The notes under the pieces are model-generated. The model made no database searches. It saw only the letters and a program-made list of their open reading frames with translations, and was not told where the DNA came from. Positions 8,109 to 11,703 of a stretch of 11,703 bases of DNA are shown here, one piece after another. A program made the position numbers and the translations under genes. The first letter of the stretch is position 1; each line of letters opens with the position of its first letter. The DNA is from Candidatus Bipolaricaulia bacterium (lineage in GTDB: Bacteria > Bipolaricaulota > Bipolaricaulia > JBHIAT01): assembly GCA_046758705.1 (NCBI GenBank), contig JBHIAT010000121.1, positions 1 through 11,703 of the forward strand, read 5' to 3'.

Positions 8109-8557
8109 CTGCACACGATCGACGACCTGACCAAAAGATACGGGATGAGCGCTCGGTCTATCCGGCGGCGTGTGGACATGTTGGCACCGGAGATCGATCC
8201 CTATGTAGGGACCGGAAAGCCTAAGCTGTACACGGATAGAGCTATAAAGATGCTGGATCGCCTGGAGGAGCTGAATAGCGCCGGATTGAGCCTAATTGAC
8301 GCCGCTGAGAAGGTGAAAGACGAAGAGATAGACCAGAAGGCTGATCGGATGACTGAGTTCCTAACGGGCAGTCCTGCTATCTGGCCAGATAGCGCTGAGG
8401 TGCGTCCAAACCGCGCCGATCCGAGCACCGACACCGGTTGACCGAGCAGCGGCTCGCCCGGATCGAGGACAGGGATCGGGAGATCGAGCAGCTTCACGAC
8501 CTGCTCAACCGCCAGCTCCCGGGCCTGGTGGTCCTAATGGTGGTGACGGTTGTTTAA
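8109..8557 (+). pseudogene. MerR-like HTH + coiled-coil protein, apparently disrupted
   Basis: From CTG 8109 (after GGCGGTGA): LHTIDDLTKRYGMSARSIRRRV...KLYTDRAIKMLDRLEELNSAGLSL, stop at 8441; coiled coil RLTEQRLARIEDRDREIEQLHDLLNRQLPG in a second frame (8435-8557); WWS*WW*RLF remnant shifted back out of that frame. Confidence 0.6.
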
Positions 8558-8592
8558 GTACGAACAGGGGGGAAAGGGGGTAGATCCGCATC

Positions 8593-9459
8593 ATGGTCAT
8601 CCAGCTGATCCTCGGCTTCTTGCTCAGCCTCGTGGTGGCGGCAATCATTTTTATTGAGAGGATCCTCTACGCGACTTGGCTCCGATCGCGCCAAGGGAAA
8701 ACCAGCCTGTGTACGACCTGCGGCCATGTCGGCAAACCGAACCGCCAGTATAGGCTTTGGCGGCAGATGACAAAACAGGACGTTTGTCCCCACTGTCATA
8801 ACCCGACACTGACACTGATCCCGATCAATCGTTACCAGCACATCCTGCCCACGAGCGCAGATACATTCGTCCGGTGGTTAACGGATTACATCCAAAAGAT
8901 AGGCCCACACTTGCATCCAGGCGATGTGAGATTGGACGGCATCTGGGAGATACCGAACCCAGAGTGGGGACCTGATCTCGATCTGACTCAACCAGCTGAA
9001 CTCAACGTGATAGGTGCCTACGAAAAACGCATCAAGCGAATCCTTCGGTCATCCGAGCCTGTGCTCGTGAAGGAACCCGACAAGTTCATCACCTTCTGGC
9101 TACGGCCGCTTGACGCCGAGCGGGTTGAAGTGAACGCCTGGTGTAGGGAGCCTGCGGTCCTGCCTGTCTTCCAAGACCTGGTGGAAGAGATCGAGCAACG
9201 CTGGCCGGCTGAGGAGAAAGTGAGCCCATCAGAAGAGCAATCTACAGAGGATAAACCGTGGAAGAAGATACCCGATCTTCGTCAGGATCGCAAGCTGGTG
9301 AAACTTTGGCACGATGGTCTTCCGATGAAAAAGATAGGGAAAAAGCTGGGGATGAGCCCCAAGACCGTTCGAAATCGCCTGAGCGAGTTGCGCAAGATCT
9401 ACGGGGAGGAGATCGTCCCCTACCGGCAAGTGGAGCATGAGGATGAGGAGTCAGAATAA
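8593..9459 (+). CDS. Membrane-anchored Zn-ribbon protein with C-terminal HTH (LuxR/sigma-4-like)
   Basis: Hydrophobic N-terminus MVIQLILGFLLSLVVAAIIFI; CTTC...CPHC; DRKLVKLWHDGLPMKKIGKKLGMSPKTVRNRLSELR. Confidence 0.78.
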   Translation: MVIQLILGFLLSLVVAAIIFIERILYATWLRSRQGKTSLCTTCGHVGKPNRQYRLWRQMTKQDVCPHCHNPTLTLIPINRYQHILPTSADTFVRWLTDYIQKIGPHLHPGDVRLDGIWEIPNPEWGPDLDLTQPAELNVIGAYEKRIKRILRSSEPVLVKEPDKFITFWLRPLDAERVEVNAWCREPAVLPVFQDLVEEIEQRWPAEEKVSPSEEQSTEDKPWKKIPDLRQDRKLVKLWHDGLPMKKIGKKLGMSPKTVRNRLSELRKIYGEEIVPYRQVEHEDEESE

Positions 9460-9744
9460 CCGTGGGGACACTCTACCAACCGACAGCGCTCGAGTCGGGT
9501 TGGTCCCTGGCCCTGGTCGGGGAACTGTTCAGGTAGCAACCGATCGGCTCGGCTGGTTGCCGTGTCATGCGCGCCGCGATTTTAGGCGGATGATGACGCG
9601 AAAGAGGGGGTCTCCAAGGTAAAAATTTGGTAAAAATGGCGGAAATTGTTCCGGTCATCTGCGATAAACGGGCGATAAGCGGTTTTAGGGTTTTCTCAGC
9701 GTGTAAAAACGGGAGAACCCAGTCCTGATGGGGATTTCATGGAT

Positions 9745-9764
9745 GGCTTAAACCGGTTTAAGCC
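9745..9764. repeat. Perfect 20-bp palindrome GGCTTAAACCGGTTTAAGCC
   Basis: Exact self-reverse-complement read directly from the sequence. Confidence 0.9.
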
Positions 9765-9843
9765 CCAGCTTCCCCAAGGGCCGAAAAATCCCTTTGTAAG
9801 AATATGAAGGTAAGCCAAATGGGATGAGCGATCCAGCGATATT

Positions 9844-9896
9844 TTGGGACATCGTTTGGGACATTTTTTGGGACATCTTGGGACATCTTGGAGCAT
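9844..9896 (+). repeat. Iteron-like direct repeats TTGGGACAT x4 plus degenerate TTGGAGCAT
   Basis: Copies start at 9844, 9856, 9868, 9878 and 9888 (periods 12, 12, 10, 10). Confidence 0.9.
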
Positions 9897-9905
9897 GTCA
9901 AAGTA

Positions 9906-9934
9906 TAGACTTCAGGCAACTTCCATGCGATAAT
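9906..9934 (+). promoter_or_regulatory. Putative rep promoter
   Basis: TAGACT (9906-9911), 17 bp, extended TG-c-GATAAT (9929-9934); imperfect inverted repeat GACTTCAGGCAA (9908-9919) / TTGACCTGCAAGTC (9934-9947). Confidence 0.6.
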
Positions 9935-9954
9935 TGACCTGCAAGTCGGTCTGA

Positions 9955-10031
9955 TAAAAAGGACACAGGCCGGGACTCGGACACTTAGGGGGCGCCGAGA
10001 ACCGGCCCGGTCGTAAGTAGACTAACTAGCA
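9955..10031 (-). ncRNA. Putative counter-transcribed RNA (ctRNA) controlling rep
   Basis: Minus-strand promoter at 10038-10066; stem GGCCGG-UU-CUCGG [loop CGCCCCCUAAGUGU] CCGAG-UC-CCGGCC extended by GAC/GUC, then CUUUUUAU. Confidence 0.75.
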
Positions 10032-10037
10032 CCCTCA

Positions 10038-10066
10038 ATTTTAACCTACCTTGCGACCAAATGCAA
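10038..10066 (-). promoter_or_regulatory. ctRNA sigma70 promoter
   Basis: TTGCAT (10066-10061), 17 bp, TAAAAT (10043-10038). Confidence 0.75.
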
Positions 10067-10094
10067 CTATAACTCTAGGCCCCCTTGAGGGCGT

Positions 10095-10208
10095 ATGCTT
10101 GGTCCATATCTCCGGTATAGCGTAGCTTTAAGCTATTGGCCTGGCTGCGAAGCTGAGGTCGTCCTGACCCGGGAGATTGAGGTCCTGGAGACGGGGGTGG
10201 TCTCATGA
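10095..10208 (+). CDS. Putative 37-aa rep leader peptide
   Basis: GAGG then ATG 10095: MLGPYLRYSVALSYWPGCEAEVVLTREIEVLETGVVS*; its TGA overlaps the rep ATG (ATGA 10205-10208). Confidence 0.5.
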   Translation: MLGPYLRYSVALSYWPGCEAEVVLTREIEVLETGVVS

Positions 10209-11703
10209 TCCCCACCCAGGACTTCCTCGCCGATGTGCTCAACCTGTCCGATCCCAACGTGGACCCCTATTCCAAGCGCAACCCTCGACGGTTCGTCTTC
10301 TTCTACAAGTTGTCCACGCCGTATGAACACCGGGAGCTCCAGCGCAGCTACATCGACTACCAGGACCTCAACAGGGCCTTTGATCATCCTGAGATGGAAA
10401 TCTACTTCTGTCCCAACCTGTTCTGGAAACCCCGAACCCGACGAAAACAGGAACTATCCTACCTGAACGCTCTGGTCCTGGATTTGGATCTGGACCTGGA
10501 AGATCCCGACCACGAGTACTGGATCGAGACGATCATTGACCGGTGTCATGAGCTGGGGATCCCTGAACCCCACTACATTGTCTTCTCCGGCACAGGCTAC
10601 CACGTCTACTGGCTGATCGACCCGATCCGGGTGTTTCGAGATGACCTCAAGCCCGGCGGTCGGATCCCGTTCTATGAGGACGTGCTCAAAAAGCTGCAGC
10701 GGATGTTTGAGGACCTGGGGGCCGATCCAGGGTCAACCGATGCGGTTCATGTGTTCCGGGTACCGGGCACATTAAACCATGCTGAAGAGACAGGTGAGGG
10801 GATCTTTACCTTTGTCAATAACAGGGTTGAGATCGTCCACAGGCGGGATGGCGAACGGGTGTGGCTGTCAGGGATAGCTGAGCAGCTTGGAGGTCAACAG
10901 GGTCACCCTCAGAGCACAGTGAGGGTAAAAGTGGACCGCGAGGGGCGGGATGATCCGATCGATCAAACCGAGTTCATCCGGAACCTCGAGCCGAACACGG
11001 GCACGTCCGGCAACGACGGCATGCTGTCGGCGGCCATCATCGGGTACCGGATCCAGGGACTCGCTGGCGATGATCTTATCGCCTACCTGAACGCCCTGAA
11101 CCGGGCTGTCCCATCAGAGGCAAGGGTCAACCAATCGAGAATCGAACACGTCGCCCGGGCGGTTGAGTATTACGGCTACGGGTTCAGTCCCCAGCGGGCG
11201 CATGAGGTCACCGGGCTGCCCCTGGAGGCCTGTCGCGAAATCCTCCAGTTTGTCGAACGTCTGGAGGTGGAACGTGTTTGGAGCGAACCTAAATACATGG
11301 CACCGGAAGAGTTCAACCTGAGAGTGCTGCGAGCGCTGGTGAAGCTGGGGGGATATAAGCAACCGGTGGCGTTGCCGATGTCCGACCTGGCCGAGTCCGC
11401 CGGCGTGAGCTATTCGACCCTCAGAAAGCGTGTCGGCCGCGGAAATATCCCCTTCATCCACCGCGGCAAGCTGCACGCCACCGATCAGACCACCACCAAC
11501 AGAAACATTTCCCTATGGTGGACGTCTCTTTCCCTGTTCCTAAGCCAGCTGTCCAAATTCATTATAGGGAGCGTGTGGTTTTGGTGGGTGAATCGATTTG
11601 TGGGGGGTGAGGAGGTGGTGTTTGAGGAGTTGAGAGTAGATCCTTCCTCTCGATCACCGCCAGCGGTGTCTTCTGAGGGTGTTGAAGGGCGAGATCTGAG
11701 AAA
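10205..11703 (+). CDS. AEP-superfamily primase-type replication initiator (Rep), 3'-partial, >=499 aa
   Basis: Manually translated, open to the window end: motif I ALVLDLDLD, motif II VFSGTGYHVYW, motif III TDAVHVFRVPGTLN; helical PriCT-like region; HTH MSDLAESAGVSYSTLRKRV; RBS GGGGGTG. Confidence 0.9.
   Translation, partial: MIPTQDFLADVLNLSDPNVDPYSKRNPRRFVFFYKLSTPYEHRELQRSYIDYQDLNRAFDHPEMEIYFCPNLFWKPRTRRKQELSYLNALVLDLDLDLEDPDHEYWIETIIDRCHELGIPEPHYIVFSGTGYHVYWLIDPIRVFRDDLKPGGRIPFYEDVLKKLQRMFEDLGADPGSTDAVHVFRVPGTLNHAEETGEGIFTFVNNRVEIVHRRDGERVWLSGIAEQLGGQQGHPQSTVRVKVDREGRDDPIDQTEFIRNLEPNTGTSGNDGMLSAAIIGYRIQGLAGDDLIAYLNALNRAVPSEARVNQSRIEHVARAVEYYGYGFSPQRAHEVTGLPLEACREILQFVERLEVERVWSEPKYMAPEEFNLRVLRALVKLGGYKQPVALPMSDLAESAGVSYSTLRKRVGRGNIPFIHRGKLHATDQTTTNRNISLWWTSLSLFLSQLSKFIIGSVWFWWVNRFVGGEEVVFEELRVDPSSRSPPAVSSEGVEGRDLR

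Larger units (their letters stand above)
6771..11703 (+). mobile_element. Plasmid/ICE-like backbone (left boundary approximate, right end outside the window)
   Basis: Co-oriented DUF6573-like, XRE, MerR/coiled-coil and HTH genes, repeat-rich control region and AEP-type Rep; no integrase or att site visible. Confidence 0.7.

Noticed and set aside
8074-8180. Third antisense RNA ending at the AAAAAA + hairpin (8074-8107)
   Set aside because: Terminator-like on the minus strand, but no correctly spaced minus-strand promoter was found upstream
9696-9896. 66-aa minus-strand ORF with CPK repeats
   Set aside because: Translation of the TTGGGACAT array on the opposite strand; no other coding evidence
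9844-9896. CRISPR array
   Set aside because: Repeats are 9 bp with 1-3 bp gaps, there are no spacers and no cas genes
8020-10194. 16-bp exact match GAGGTCCTGGAGACGG at 8020-8035 and 10179-10194
   Set aside because: Both copies encode EVLET in frame; no integrase or boundary context; chance cannot be excluded, so not called an att site or target-site duplication

Overview
GC-rich bacterial accessory region in two halves. Left (1-6700): a three-gene Phd/HEPN/MNT toxin-antitoxin operon, a secreted HEAT-repeat gene divergent from an AfsR/SARP-type STAND regulator, and a DUF3368-PIN / Phd-UPF0175 TA pair. Right (~6770 to the window end): a plasmid/ICE-like backbone on the + strand with a coiled-coil gene, a frameshifted DUF6573-like gene, an XRE HTH gene, a decayed MerR-HTH/coiled-coil gene, a TM/Zn-ribbon/HTH gene, a ~750-bp repeat-rich control region, and an AEP-primase-type Rep. 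The Rep starts at 10205 and runs off the window, so it is missing from the ORF track. The most notable signal is a candidate RNA-based control circuit for this Rep: a sense promoter, a counter-transcribed ~75-nt antisense RNA with its own promoter and terminator, a U-turn target loop, a possible pseudoknot/anti-SD switch, and a 37-aa leader ORF coupled to rep by an ATGA overlap. A second antisense RNA of similar design lies inside the 5' end of the first backbone gene. All family calls are by eye from motifs; no database searches were run.
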